The notes beneath the pieces are model-generated. The model searched no databases. It worked only from the letters and a program-made list of their open reading frames with translations, and was not told where the DNA came from. DNA of 64,000 nt from Azolla caroliniana (taxonomy: Eukaryota > Plantae > Polypodiophyta), in contig JBHGNT010000016.1 in the NCBI GenBank assembly GCA_043228905.1, positions 15,438,001 through 15,502,000 of the forward strand, read 5' to 3'. Positions 25,901-37,500 of the stretch are shown here, one piece after another (positions within the stretch are counted from its first letter, which is position 1; each line of letters begins with the position of its first letter). Position numbers and translations under genes: made by a program.

Positions 25901-28235
25901 AAGCCGAATTACGACAAGCTGAGGATCTTCGGATGCGAGGCGTACGCCCTTATTCCGAAAGATGATCACCGAAAACTTGCACCTCGGTCCAGGAAATGCA
26001 TTTTCCTTGGATATGGATCAGACGGCGAAATGGGATACCGACTCTGGGACCCCGAACGCAGACAAATCGTTCGAAGTTCGGACGTTGTGTTCAACGAGTC
26101 GGCTATGAATCCATCAGTCAAACCACCGATCGAAGTCCGAAGGGTAACATTTTCCGATGTGCCGACCCTTCAAGAAGGCCCCGCTCTCAACACACGGTCA
26201 GCTTCACGGGTAGCTAAACCTTACATTACCGACTCGGACAACTCTGACTCGGCACAGCAGAATAATTCGCTTTCGGACCATCCGACCTCGATACCCGATA
26301 CGACCAGTCCAATCATACCTCGACGATCCGAGAGACTGTCGCAACCTCCGGAGAGATATTCTCCTGGAATTTTCTTCACCGACGCCGGCGAACCGACGTC
26401 TTACGAAGAAGCATCGACATCTGTCGATTCAGTGGTGAAAATGACAACCCTTCGTTTTCTACTCGGCGTAGTGGCAGCCGACAACTTGGAGCTGATTCAG
26501 CTAGATGTCAAAACAGCCTTCCTCCATGGTGATCTTGAAGAGGAAATTTATATGGAGCAGCCAAAAGGCTTCCTGGCAACTGGCCAAGAACATCTAGTCT
26601 GCCGACTTAGGAAGAGTCTATACGGCCTCAAACAGGCACCGCGACAATGGTACAAGAAGTTCGACGACTTCATTCAATCGATCGGCTTCTCAAAAAGCGA
26701 TGAGGACCATTGTCTTTTCACCAACACAGCTCACGATGGATCACCCATCTTCCTCATCATTTACGTGGACGACATGCTAATTTCTGGACGCCACGCGGGC
26801 GAACTTGCCGATCTCATTCGGCAATTGCGGTTGAAGTTTGCCATGAAGGACCTCGGTCCGGCACGACACATACTTGGCATGAAGATTAGTCGGCATCGCG
26901 ATAAACGACATCTTTTTTTGTCTCAGACCGACTATATCGGACGTGTCTTGGAACGCTTCAACATGCAATCAGCCAAATCTGCTTCAACCCCGCTCCCCAT
27001 GAATCTTCGGCTCTCTCAGCGAGACTGCCCGACATCCGGTCCGGAGGGGGAAGATATGAAGTCGGTACCGTATGCACCGGCAGTCGGCTCCCTTATGTAC
27101 CTGATGGTCACGACACGGCCTGATATTTCTCACGCCGTAGGAGTCGTTAGCAGATTTATGCACAATCCTGGCCGATCGCATTGGAACGCAGTCAAGCATG
27201 TGTTCAAATATCTGGCTGGCACAAAAGACCACGGCATTCTTTTCGGCCCGAACTCAACCTCAGGCGTAGTCGGTTACACCGACTCGGACTTCGCCGGCTG
27301 TATAGACAGTCGGAAATCAACAACTGGATACTGCTTCAAATTCGGCAATGGAGCAATTTCGTGGAAGTCGAAACTTCAGGAGTGCACAGCGACCTCAACG
27401 ACCGAAGCAGAATATGTAGCTGCGTCCGACGCTGCAAAAGAAGCTTTGTGGCTCGGCCGGCTGGCGCACACGTTTCGACAAGTCGACCATGACTCGGCCC
27501 CAGTTGTCTATAGCGACAGTCAAGGTGCTGTTGCCTTGTCGAAAAATCCGGTTCACCACAACGCCTCCAAACATATCGACGTTCGATATCACTTCGTTCG
27601 GGACTGCGTCATTTCAGGGAAAATCGGTCTAGAGAAAATATCCACAACCGACAATGTCGCAGATGGAATGACCAAGTGTCTTTCGGCAGACCGCTTTCGG
27701 TCTCTTCGGCATCAGATGGGCGTAACGACAAACCAGTCCGGTTAGAGCCGGACACAGCGCAGGATGGTTTCAGACAACCGACATCAGTTCCTTAATGATC
27801 GGCTTCAACTCTTCCGACCCGACCAGTTCGGCCTTCTGCCTTCGGACCCTGCCGACTCGAACAAAACTGATATGTCCGAGAACCTAGGTTTATACCTGTA
27901 ATCTTAGATAACCCATGTATACGCCCATTACGGGGGAGTGTCGAATACAAGTGTATAATGGACGTATTCACACTATCCCTTTGTATAGCTCAAGTTTGGG
28001 CCATTTGTGTAATTAGCATAAATGGTAGTTGCCCTAAGTTTGTCACTATATAAAGTGACCTAGTAACCTTTTTGTAAGGTTGGTTGTATTATTGTTTTCT
28101 ATTGAATAGAAAGAGTCTTTTTGTGCCTTCTCTCTCTCTCTCTCTCTGTGCACGATCGTGGTGCTGTCATACGCAGGTACTCAACCCCAATCGAATGCTA
28201 CTTGATCTTCCGCATTGACGGCCTTGTCTACAACA
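22917..28235 (+). mobile_element. Ty1/Copia element D (5,319 bp), very young, inserted in chromovirus C integrase
   Basis: TSD CTGAA (22912-22916, 28236-28240); 297-bp LTRs 22917-23213 and 27939-28235 differing at one base; PBS TGGTATCAGAGC (tRNA-iMet) at 23216-23227; PPT GGGGGAG before 27939. Confidence 0.97.
23933..27745 (+). CDS. Copia D gag-pol polyprotein (GAG-PR-IN-RT-RH), single ORF with an in-frame deletion at the start of RT
   Basis: CNYCKKPGHIKADC, WLLDSG, HSDVCGP...RTDNGGEF...AERMNRT, LDVKTAFL...YVDDML, YTDSD...EAEY...KHIDVRYHF. Confidence 0.93.
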   Translation: MMASTSGSSEMSLRKFDGSNFNFWKEQMQDYLIVKGQIDPIENEEPPEGYKPIEWQKLDRIVRATIWMHLSESVYFTVQSCTTAFELWKTLSDTYEKKVAATKMFLIRRLYNLRMKESDSVQAHLNEYESISSQISSQGTAIEDELRAMILMSSLPSSWETFVTTVCNASTTAVKYSEVTSAILTEAARRKSFAKDSTDDAYVVQGSTDRSNIRGRDSSRQPNNLRRRSQSRDNRICNYCKKPGHIKADCRALKNKNDKSQKSDKKSGRHEEINYVSFSADVLPNDPNILSIENPDGSEVLLTTEESSTWLLDSGVSFHVTPHRSQFRQYTIRHSDSVRVGNSQHCDIIGIGTVELNLAGGSTLVLHNVRHVPELSRPLISVGQLDEDGIRASFSSGGWTLHRGNLLLARGPKIHSLYPLHVTLREGNLFLVDIPVSSLWHRRLGHLSKAGITHLSRAGYIPKLSFSDHQFCEHCQYGKQAAASHPTSAPRETRPLDLVHSDVCGPMPHQSLGGASYFVSFIDDSTRKVWAYPIRTKDRVFSIFSDWLAMVENQTDRKLKCFRTDNGGEFKSEEFVKFCRQHGIRREFTAPHSSEQNGIAERMNRTIQERIVSMLQHSGLSDGFWAEALLTAVHIINMSPSRPLGLQIPQELWIGSKPNYDKLRIFGCEAYALIPKDDHRKLAPRSRKCIFLGYGSDGEMGYRLWDPERRQIVRSSDVVFNESAMNPSVKPPIEVRRVTFSDVPTLQEGPALNTRSASRVAKPYITDSDNSDSAQQNNSLSDHPTSIPDTTSPIIPRRSERLSQPPERYSPGIFFTDAGEPTSYEEASTSVDSVVKMTTLRFLLGVVAADNLELIQLDVKTAFLHGDLEEEIYMEQPKGFLATGQEHLVCRLRKSLYGLKQAPRQWYKKFDDFIQSIGFSKSDEDHCLFTNTAHDGSPIFLIIYVDDMLISGRHAGELADLIRQLRLKFAMKDLGPARHILGMKISRHRDKRHLFLSQTDYIGRVLERFNMQSAKSASTPLPMNLRLSQRDCPTSGPEGEDMKSVPYAPAVGSLMYLMVTTRPDISHAVGVVSRFMHNPGRSHWNAVKHVFKYLAGTKDHGILFGPNSTSGVVGYTDSDFAGCIDSRKSTTGYCFKFGNGAISWKSKLQECTATSTTEAEYVAASDAAKEALWLGRLAHTFRQVDHDSAPVVYSDSQGAVALSKNPVHHNASKHIDVRYHFVRDCVISGKIGLEKISTTDNVADGMTKCLSADRFRSLRHQMGVTTNQSG

Positions 28236-31200
28236 CTGAAAACCATACATCAACATAAAAGAACTATATCCCGTCAACGTATGCTTGGAGCTGTTATAAG
28301 CAAACTCCAAAATTGGGAGATAACGTTCCCATTTTGTTGGTTTTGCACCAACGTATGCTCGAAGCATGTCCTCAATAATTTGATTTACTCGTTCTGTCTG
28401 TCCATCGGATTGAGGATGATCCGTGGAGCTCATGCTCAACGTAGTTTCTAACTTCTTAAAGACTTGCGTCCAGAAGTCACTAGTAAACTTTGGATCTCGA
28501 TCACTCACGATATCCATCGGTAACCCATAAAAATGAAACAATTTGTCAACGAATTGGTAAGCCAATTCAGGAGCTGTTACCGTGGTTTTAGTAGCAATAA
28601 ATCTGGCCATTTTAGTTAGTCGATCAACGACAACCCAGATGGCATCATGACCTTTTTGGGTGCGAGGAAGGCTAACAATAAAATCCATGGATATACTTTC
28701 CCACTTATTATTGGGAATGTCCAAGGGATGTAAAAGTCCTGCGACTTTCAGTCGCTCGGCTTTGTTAACCTGACACTGGTGACATTTAGTCACATAGCTA
28801 TGTATGTCAAGACGCATCTTAGGCCAATAAAATTGAGTGGAGATGAGAACGAGTGTACGATGTATTCCAGGGTGCCCTGCTGAGGGTGCATCATGGCATT
28901 CAAAAAGAATCCTCTTTTTGACCTCGGGTAAATCTGGAACACAAACCTTCCCATTACGGTAGAGCAAACCGTTAGCAATGTGGAAGTATTCCTTCGAGGA
29001 TGTGGTGGTGTCTGTTCCAGACTCAACTCTTGCCCAGTATTTTGCGATATAACTGTCATCAGGATACTTTCCTCGAAGGTGATCATAAAGATCTGATGTT
29101 ATTTTAGTGAAGCTAAGCATGTTAACTTCACGGATGCGACTTAGTGCATCAACGACAGTGTTCATGGAACCTTTACGATATCGTATGGAAAATCGAAGTC
29201 CTGGATGAGATCAGCCCATCGTGCCTTACGACCTTTCAGGTCTTGTTGGTCACAAAAATATTTCAAGGACTCGTGGTCCGTAGTTACCACAAAGTGATTT
29301 CCATAAAGATAATGGCGCCATGTTTTGAGCGCATGTATAACTGCAAATAATTCCTTTTCTTGAACGGTATACCGACATTGAGCAGAATCAAGTTTCTTAC
29401 TCTCGAATGCTATTGGTTTACCATCTTGATACAAGACAGCACCTATAGCATAATCGCTTGCATCGGTTTCAACCTCAAAAGGTTTTGAAAGATCAGGTAA
29501 AAGAAGTGAAGGAGCCTTGCAAACCAGGTCCTTGAGTTCCTTAAAGGCGAGGTCTAGTGTAGCATTCCACACAATAGGTTTTGTAGACTTACGCTTTTGA
29601 CCTTTTAAAAGATTAGTAAACGGCGTCGTCAATTGGGAGTAATTACGAAGAGACTTTCGCAAAAACCCGACAAAACCAAGGAATGATCGAACTTCTCGAA
29701 TATTCCGAAGAGTGGGCCAAAGCTTGATTTTCTCAATGCGAGAAGGATCAATTTCAACTCCTCGTTCGGTTATGAGATGTCCTAGATAAGTAATTGATTT
29801 CTTGAAGAACTCACATTTTGAGATCTTTGCATAAAACTGTTTGTCACGCAATGTTTGTAAAACAAAGCGGACATGTCTAGCATGTTCTTGTAATGTACGG
29901 CTATAAACTAAAATATCATCCAAGAAAATAACGACAAATTTTCCAAGTTGTTCTCGGAAAATGTCATTCATTTCTTGTTGAAAAGTAGCCGGAGCATTGG
30001 TCAAACCAAAAGGCATAACCAAAAACTCGTAATGGCCATAGCTCGTATGAAATGTCGTTTTAGGAACATCGTCCTCACTTATTCGTATTTGATGGTAGCC
30101 AGTACGGAGATCAAGTTTCGTGAAATACCGAGCTCCTTGGAGACGGTCAATTAGATCGTCAACCCGGGGCAATGGGTACGAATTCTTGATCGTCACTTTA
30201 TTCAAGCGTCGGTAATTAATACACATACGCCATGTGCCCTCTTTCTTTTTAACCAAGAGAACTGGTGCACCCCATGGAGATTTACTATAACGTATATAAC
30301 CCATTCGTAAATAGTCCTTGAGTTGCTTAGATACCTCATCTTCTTCGGATCGACTTAAGCAATACGGAGGTATACTTATTGGTGCAACACCAAGTACAAT
30401 ATCTATACGATGGTCTATATTACGTTTAGGAGGTAACCCATCAGGTAGTTCACTTGGAAAAACATCATGAAAATCATTTAAGATTTCATTAAGTTGTTGT
30501 TCAAAATATGTTAATTGAACCGGGACATTATCGATATTGTAAATGTGAATGTCCGGATCAAGTACACAATAAAATAATGTAGAACAAGACAACTTGGATA
30601 TTGATGGACATGAGGAAACAATCGAGAGGGATTGTTTTTTTACACATGGAATAAAATGCGTACAATCGTTCAGTAAAAAAGAAATGGAATGACAAACCCA
30701 ATCAATAAATAAAGAAGAGTTTTTATTATAAAACCAGGGATAACCCAGTATTACATCGGTGGTACAAAGATTCATTACATGGAAGTCTACTTCCTCTATA
30801 TAAGTATCAATAGAAATTCCTAATGAATGAATCGCCCCATTGATGTATTGTACTCTTCCATCAGCCAAGTGCACCGTGTAGATGTGATCACTTACGGTGG
30901 GTTGGATTCCCCATATCTGAACCAAACGATCATTCACAAAATTGTGTGAGCTTCCCGAATCAAATAAAAATTGTACAGGAGATCCATTGATATACCCGTT
31001 TGCACATAGTAAATCATTGGGACCCAATACATAGTGAGGGAAAGAACATTGACAATTACTTAAATGATGTGTATAAACCTAAAGGACATTAGGAATCTGA
31101 CCTTTATGGTCTGCAACTTTAGCTTTGTTGTCGTGCTCTTTCCGTTGGAGCTTTCGACATTGATCTTTTGTATGACCCTTCTTTTTGCAGAATACACAAA

Positions 31201-34200
31201 AAGGATGTTGTCGCTTACAATCGCGATCCATGAATTCGTTGGGTGTCTTGCGTTTCCCAACAAATTGTGACTGCTTAGTCCCGGGCGCTTCGTTGGGTTT
31301 GTTATGGTCCTTCTTCGAAGTGCGTTGATAGCAAAGAACTATTTCAACGGCCTCTTCAAAGGATTTTGGATCCTTATCGTGCACTATCCAGTGATAGTCC
31401 GAATTGGGGATGCCATTGACAAAACAAGCTATCAACCAATTGTCCCCTTCTAGACCCGATTTTTGGATTTGGGTTCTAGCATGGTGAACATAGTCTTCTA
31501 GCGAGGAAAATTTCCTGCTAGAGAGGTTCATTAAAGCTTGTGCTACCTCGGTTCGAGAGGGAGGTTGCAGAAATTGGCCCTTAAAAACCGTGACAAAATT
31601 TGTCCAGGTATCGGGCAATTTCCCCATAGTACGGAGCCCACGCCACCAGGCGACGGCCTTACCCCCGAGTTCTCGGCCGACATATGCAATCTTCGTACTA
31701 TCTGGCGTGGGATAGAGCTCAAAATGAGACTCCCATCGTCCCAGCCATGTGCAGATTGCTTCTTCGGTTCTTTCCTTTTTGTCTCCCGTAAATGGCTTAA
31801 CAACAAATGATGGTTCACCTTGTCGCTCATCAGGTCTATTAGTCTCACGTTGTAGACTAATGACACGTGCCTCAAGAGCACTCTGAGATTGCCGAAGTTC
31901 GGTCATCTGTTGAGCGGTGAAACTAAGGTATTGGGTTATTTGTGCCAAATACATCTCAGTGGACATTTGTCCAGGAGGATTCCCTTGAGTTCCTTCCGCT
32001 TGAGCGGATGACATCGGGTCGTTAATTTGAGCCATTAAAGATTATTTCTGGAAAAGAAATAGGATAAGGTCAGAGAGATAGTCATAACATTATGTCATGA
32101 TGTAAACATATCATGGGCAAACATTAATCGATATCATGATCTCACGTCAATACCCCTCTAGACGTATGAGATGAGGTTCAAGATCAGGTTACTATGGTAA
32201 CACAAAGGTGTTTTAAAAATCATGGGGGTGACAAATAAATGTGTTTCCCTGATCTCTATATCGATTTTTTCATGGTGGCTCCCCGAGGCTCAACCATGTA
32301 TGTTTGCGTCATGAATAGTTTATACACGAAAAAAATGTTAACAATAAACTATGTTTCGGTGCCCACATATGTGGTTTCGGCTCTTTAAGTCCTATTACGA
32401 GGACCCCGAGGTGCACTTAGACCTTAAGTCTAAACATGTGTTATAGTCATATGTATCAAGGATGTTGTATGGTCTTGGTCATATTTGAACTCGAGACCTC
32501 AAGAACAAATACATTAAACACTTGAGCCAACCAAATAAGTTGCTCTTCTCGAATGCTTAATGTTTGATGCGTATAAGAGATATGCGAGGCAATTGATCAT
32601 ATATGTTTTTTTAAAAAGAACATATATGTCAAGGGTCCTTATTTCGCCCTCATTTACCCAAAACTATGTTGGTACGTTACCTAACCTCAAGTCTCGTAAT
32701 TACGATGGCATACGCCAAAGTGCAACCTAATGGATACGATGCCACCATGAGCTCGTTCTTACGAGAAGCATTCGTAATGACGTGACCATGTGATGGCCCA
32801 CGTGAGCCTACTACGAAACGAGGGCTCATTTGGCTTGACGATACCAAATATTATAGATCTAAGTACTAAAGTAAGCTTAAGATAAGGATAAAGTAATGAT
32901 AGATAGAAAGGAGAAAGAGAAAGAAGGGTGCCGATCCACCCGACCACCCCCGAGCGGAGGGATCGAGACGGACTCGAGCCTCGATCGGCGTCCCATACCA
33001 CCGTCGTGGCGTCGAGTCGTACTTGGTGCTAGCGCGCTCGCTACAAGAGTTGACCCACCACAAGAGCAGAGTCTCGATGTAGTCAAAAGATGATGAAATG
33101 AGGGTAGCTAGGCCTCTTATTTATAGCGATACCCAAGGCCCCCAAGCAAGTTCACACTTGACCTAATGGGTTGTCTCAGTCCCGAGGATTAAAAGTAATC
33201 CTCCCCTTCTTTACACTCTCGTTTAAACCTCACACTTATCCACGTGTATAGAATACTACGGTAAATTCTTACCACGGGATATTAAATGGTCATGCCCGTA
33301 ACACATCTGCATCCGATCGCCTTTTTGTGTGGTGAGGTGGGAACGAGATCCCACATCTCGTTCTTCCGTAGTGCCTGCATCTCCTCGTTCATTGCTTCGA
33401 TCCATCGCGGGTCCTTCGCGGCTTTCGAAAAGGTTTCTGGCTCCTGTACTGTCGCTACCTTCATCATAAAGGCATAATGGTACGCCATATAATCGTTGTA
33501 GCCAAATCGGCTTACGGGGTTCTTTTCACGAGTGGATCTGCAGAGCTTTTCATTTGCAGAGATTAGAGATTTCTTAGATCCGATTGGTACCTCGAAACTG
33601 CCGAACTCACTGTCGAGTGAGTGAGTTGACTCATTATCGTTGAAGCGATCGTGTTCGTATTCCAACATTTTCGCCTTGCTTTTGTCCATCTTCGGGCTAG
33701 GCCGTGATGTGCTTTGATCGCTCAATGGCTCTTGTGGTCCGCTCAATTGGGTTGTGATCGGAATTTCTTCGAATATGCGCATAAGGCGATCTTCATCCTC
33801 GATCTCTTGTTCGGTGAATTCCGGGTCGAGCAGTGTCAGAGTTGGAGTTGTCTCTAGTGCGTACCAGGATGCGGACTCGTCAAAAACAACGTCTCAACTT
33901 ACTCGAGATTTTCGAGTTGAGGGGTTGTAGCACTTGTACCCCTTTTGCTCCAATGAGTATCCTACGAGGATACATTTCTCCGACTTCGGGTCAAGCTTTT
34001 GACGCTTCTCGTTGGGGATGTGGGTAAAAGCATGCGAGTGGAAACACTATTATAGCTAATTAGCTACTAAAATGGCCATAGCTAATTAGCTATTTGTTTA
34101 GCTAGTCTTTCTTGTGGGAAAATCAAATATTTGAAAAACTAATTTATGAAAAAACTCAAATATTTGAACTTCTGTTTCAGACGTAGTGGAACTTGGGGAA

Positions 34201-34500
34201 TATCACCATCATCTAAGGTCGACTTCAATGTCATCAATTTCCTGTTTAGCCTAAGTCTGATTTTGAACGCAGATGGAGTACTCAGAGCACGAACGCAGAC
34301 GTAGCTCCCGCAACAGCAAAAAATCGACATTGCAGATTGAGAGCTACAACACAGAACCCACTCGATCATCGTCCAGGTATGTTTCAGTTACAGAAACCCC
34401 AAACATTTGTTTTTTCTTTTTGACTACTGTCTGAACTTTGGTGCCGATTCATATTTCCCCAAAATCGAATAGGGCGAAGTCCTTGGAGTCCCATACAAGG

Positions 34501-37500
34501 ATGTCTCGCAAATCGGGGAGTAGCAACAGGTGTGTTTATATTACTTTTTTTGTGTTTAATCCTGTCTTTAGTGATTAGGGTTTGTGATTGAAATTTCTGA
34601 TTAGGGTTTGTGATTGAAATTTCTGATTAGGGTTTTTGATTATAAATTTCTGATTAGAATTTCTGAATAGAGTTTCTGGTTACAAATTTTGATTACAAAT
34701 TAGAATTTCTGAATAGGGTTTTTGTTTATAAATTTCTGCTTAGGATTTCTGATTAGGGTTTGTGATTGAAATTTTTTATTAGGGTTTCTGATTGAAATTT
34801 CTGATTAGGGTTTTTGATTATAAATTTCTGATTAGAATTTCTGAATAAGGTTTCTGGTTACAAACTTCTGATTACAGATTTTGATTAGGGTTTCTGATTT
34901 CAAACTTCTGATTACAGATTTTGATTAGGTTAAGTTAAAGATTTTGCACCATTTTTGTTGTTGTTGATTGGGGTTTTTGATTCTCACATATTCTGATTTT
35001 GCACTATTTCTGATTTCTGAAATGATAATTTCAGATGGCTCGTTCCTCCGTATACGAGAGTGCTAAACTTCGCAAAATTTTGCGAGACAAAGGAGGACTT
35101 CCACAACACCTATGGTCTGTCACTCGAGGGTGTTGACCCTGCTGTCCTAAGTGATAAATTGATCAGTGATATAGACTGGATGACAGTGTATACAGTGCCT
35201 AGAGTCAAAGGCAAGGTCAAGCTGAAGCATGTACGAGCCGACTTGTACGATGACTGCATGAGACTGCACCAGAAAGTTCATCAGGAGATCCCAGTCAACA
35301 ATGAGTTGTTAGTTTCATTTGCTAGAGCATTTGCATATGAGTACTGCAAAACAGCGAAGGAATCTAGAGACCCTGAAATGTATAGGGTAGCTTGGGCAGT
35401 CTATGGTGAGGCATCGGTAAAAAGATGCCGAAAGATGGGGACCTTGGCACAAAAAATAGACAGATTTTGGAGCATGGCAGCTGTTGATGCAACTGCCGAC
35501 TCCCAGCAAGACCGGGGGCATACACCACACCGACACCCAAGGAAAGCCAATGTCGATGATACAGGTGAGACATTGGTTAGCTATATGCTAAAAAATGTCC
35601 ATGAAGCCTGTGAGACATTGGCATTTTTTAAGACTGATTTAGAGAAAGCCACAATGGCTTCTGCAATGGAGAGCAAAGTTACTTCTGCTGTTACAACAAT
35701 TAGAAATAAGATTCAGGTAACTATTGTTTTGCTGGTATGTGATTGTGTTATAAATAACGGGTAAAATGTGCTAATCAAGCATTATCTGGAATAGGTTGCG
35801 CAACAGGAGCTTGAATTAGAGGGGCCACTGGATCCCCAGCGTAAAATAGAACTGCAAATAGAGATCCAGGTTCTTTCAATGAACCTGGACCTTCTAGGTG
35901 TAAATACTGTTGCAAATTACAATTTGGATAAGCTTCAAGTAAGTTAACGATTCCTGAGCAAAGTTGGTGTATCTTTCAACAACAAGAATAATTAATCGGT
36001 AAATTTCTCTGTTGCGTTGAAGGAACAATACATTCATCAAGAACAGGTAGTTAGCTGCCTTAAGAAGAAGCTACATTTTGTGGAGGGAATGGTAAGGACC
36101 AGACAGGATTTGGACCTGAACATTCTTGCTCCCTTACCAAATGAACTAGAACCAGAAAATGATTTATTGACAGTTCAAGCACGTTGCATCGCTTGCGGGT
36201 TAGGTGTGGAGGACAAAACTGCGTCTTTGTTGGTTCACCTACAACCATGCAACCACACATACCATCTGCTTTGTTTTCAACATGCCTGTCGAATTGCTGC
36301 ATTCTGTTTGGGAGATTGCAGTACAACTCTACCAAATGAGTGGAGAAAACAAACAGGTATACCATACTGTAGCTAATAAGCTTAGTCTTTTCTAATTAGC
36401 TATCCTACTAGCTAATTAGCTACTGGCAGCTAATGAGCTACTAGCTAATTAGCTATCCTAGTAGCTAATTAGCTATGGTACTAGCTAATTAGCTAGTACC
36501 ATAGTTGTGTAAAAAAGCTAAATAGCTATCCTACTAGCTAATTAGCCACTGGCAACTAATTAGCTATCCTAGTAACTAATTAGCTACTGCCATAGTTGTG
36601 TAAAGTAGCTAATAAGCTATCCTAGTAGCTAGTTAGCTATGGTACTAGCTAATTAGCTAGTACCATAGTTGTGTAAAAAAGCTAATTAGCTATCCTACTA
36701 GCTAATTAGCTACTGGCAACTAATTAGCTATCCTACTAGCTAATTAGCTATCATAGTAGCTAATTAGCTACTGACATAGTTGTGTAAAGTAGCTAATAAG
36801 CTATCCTAGTAGCTAGTTAGCTATGGTACTAGCTAATTAGCTAGTACCATAGTTGTGTAAAAAAGCTAATTAGCTATCCTACTAGCTAATTAGCTACTGG
36901 CAACTAATTAGCTATCCTACTAGCTAATTAGCTACTGGCAACTAATTAGCTATCCTACTAGCTAATTAGCTATCATAGTAGCTAATTAGCTACTGGCATA
37001 GTTGTGTAAAGTAGCTAATAAGCTATCCTAGTAGCTAGTTAGCTATGGTACTAGCTAATTAGCTAGTACCATAGTTGTGTAAAAAAGCTAATTAGCTATC
37101 CTACTAGCTAATTAGCTATCCTACTAGCTAATTAGCTATCATAGTAGCTAATTAGCTACTGACATAGTTGTGTAAAGTAGCTAATAAGCTATCCTAGTAG
37201 CTAATTAGGTACTGGCAGCTAATTAGCTATCCTAGTAGCTAATTACCTACTGGCAGCTAATTAGCTGTCCTAGTAGCTAATAAGCTATCCTAGCTACTAC
37301 ATAGTTGAGAAAGTACCTAATTAGCTTTCATTGTAGCTAATTAGGTATCCTAGCTACCACCATAGTTAATAAAGTAGCTAATTAGCTATCCTAGCTACTA
37401 CCATAGTTAGTAAAGTAGCTAATTAGCTATCCTAGCTACTACCATAGTTGAGTAAAGTAGCTAATTAGCTACCATAGTAGCTAATTAGCTATCCTAGCTA

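Larger units (their letters stand above)
22282..32035 (-). pseudogene. Chromovirus C gag-pol (gag 31079-32035; PR-RT-RH 29162-31027; IN 28241-29165 and 22700-22911; chromodomain 22282-22698), frameshifted and interrupted by Copia D
   Basis: CCHC knuckle CVFCKKKGHTKDQC; LFDSGS protease; [10 protein letters not shown]; SMDF/SDRD/DGQTE integrase; PERILD...FKIKW...ATWE chromodomain. Confidence 0.92.
21841..33303 (-). mobile_element. Ty3/Gypsy chromovirus C inserted in Copia B RT
   Basis: TSD CATCT (21836-21840, 33304-33308); 455-bp LTRs 21841-22295 and 32849-33303 (9 differences seen); PBS-like TGGTATC next to 32848; PPT at 22296-22308. Confidence 0.95.

Noticed and set aside
34570-34935. Interstitial telomere / chromosome-fusion scar
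   Set aside because: TTAGGG occurs singly within longer units rather than as (TTTAGGG)n, and lies inside a TE intron.
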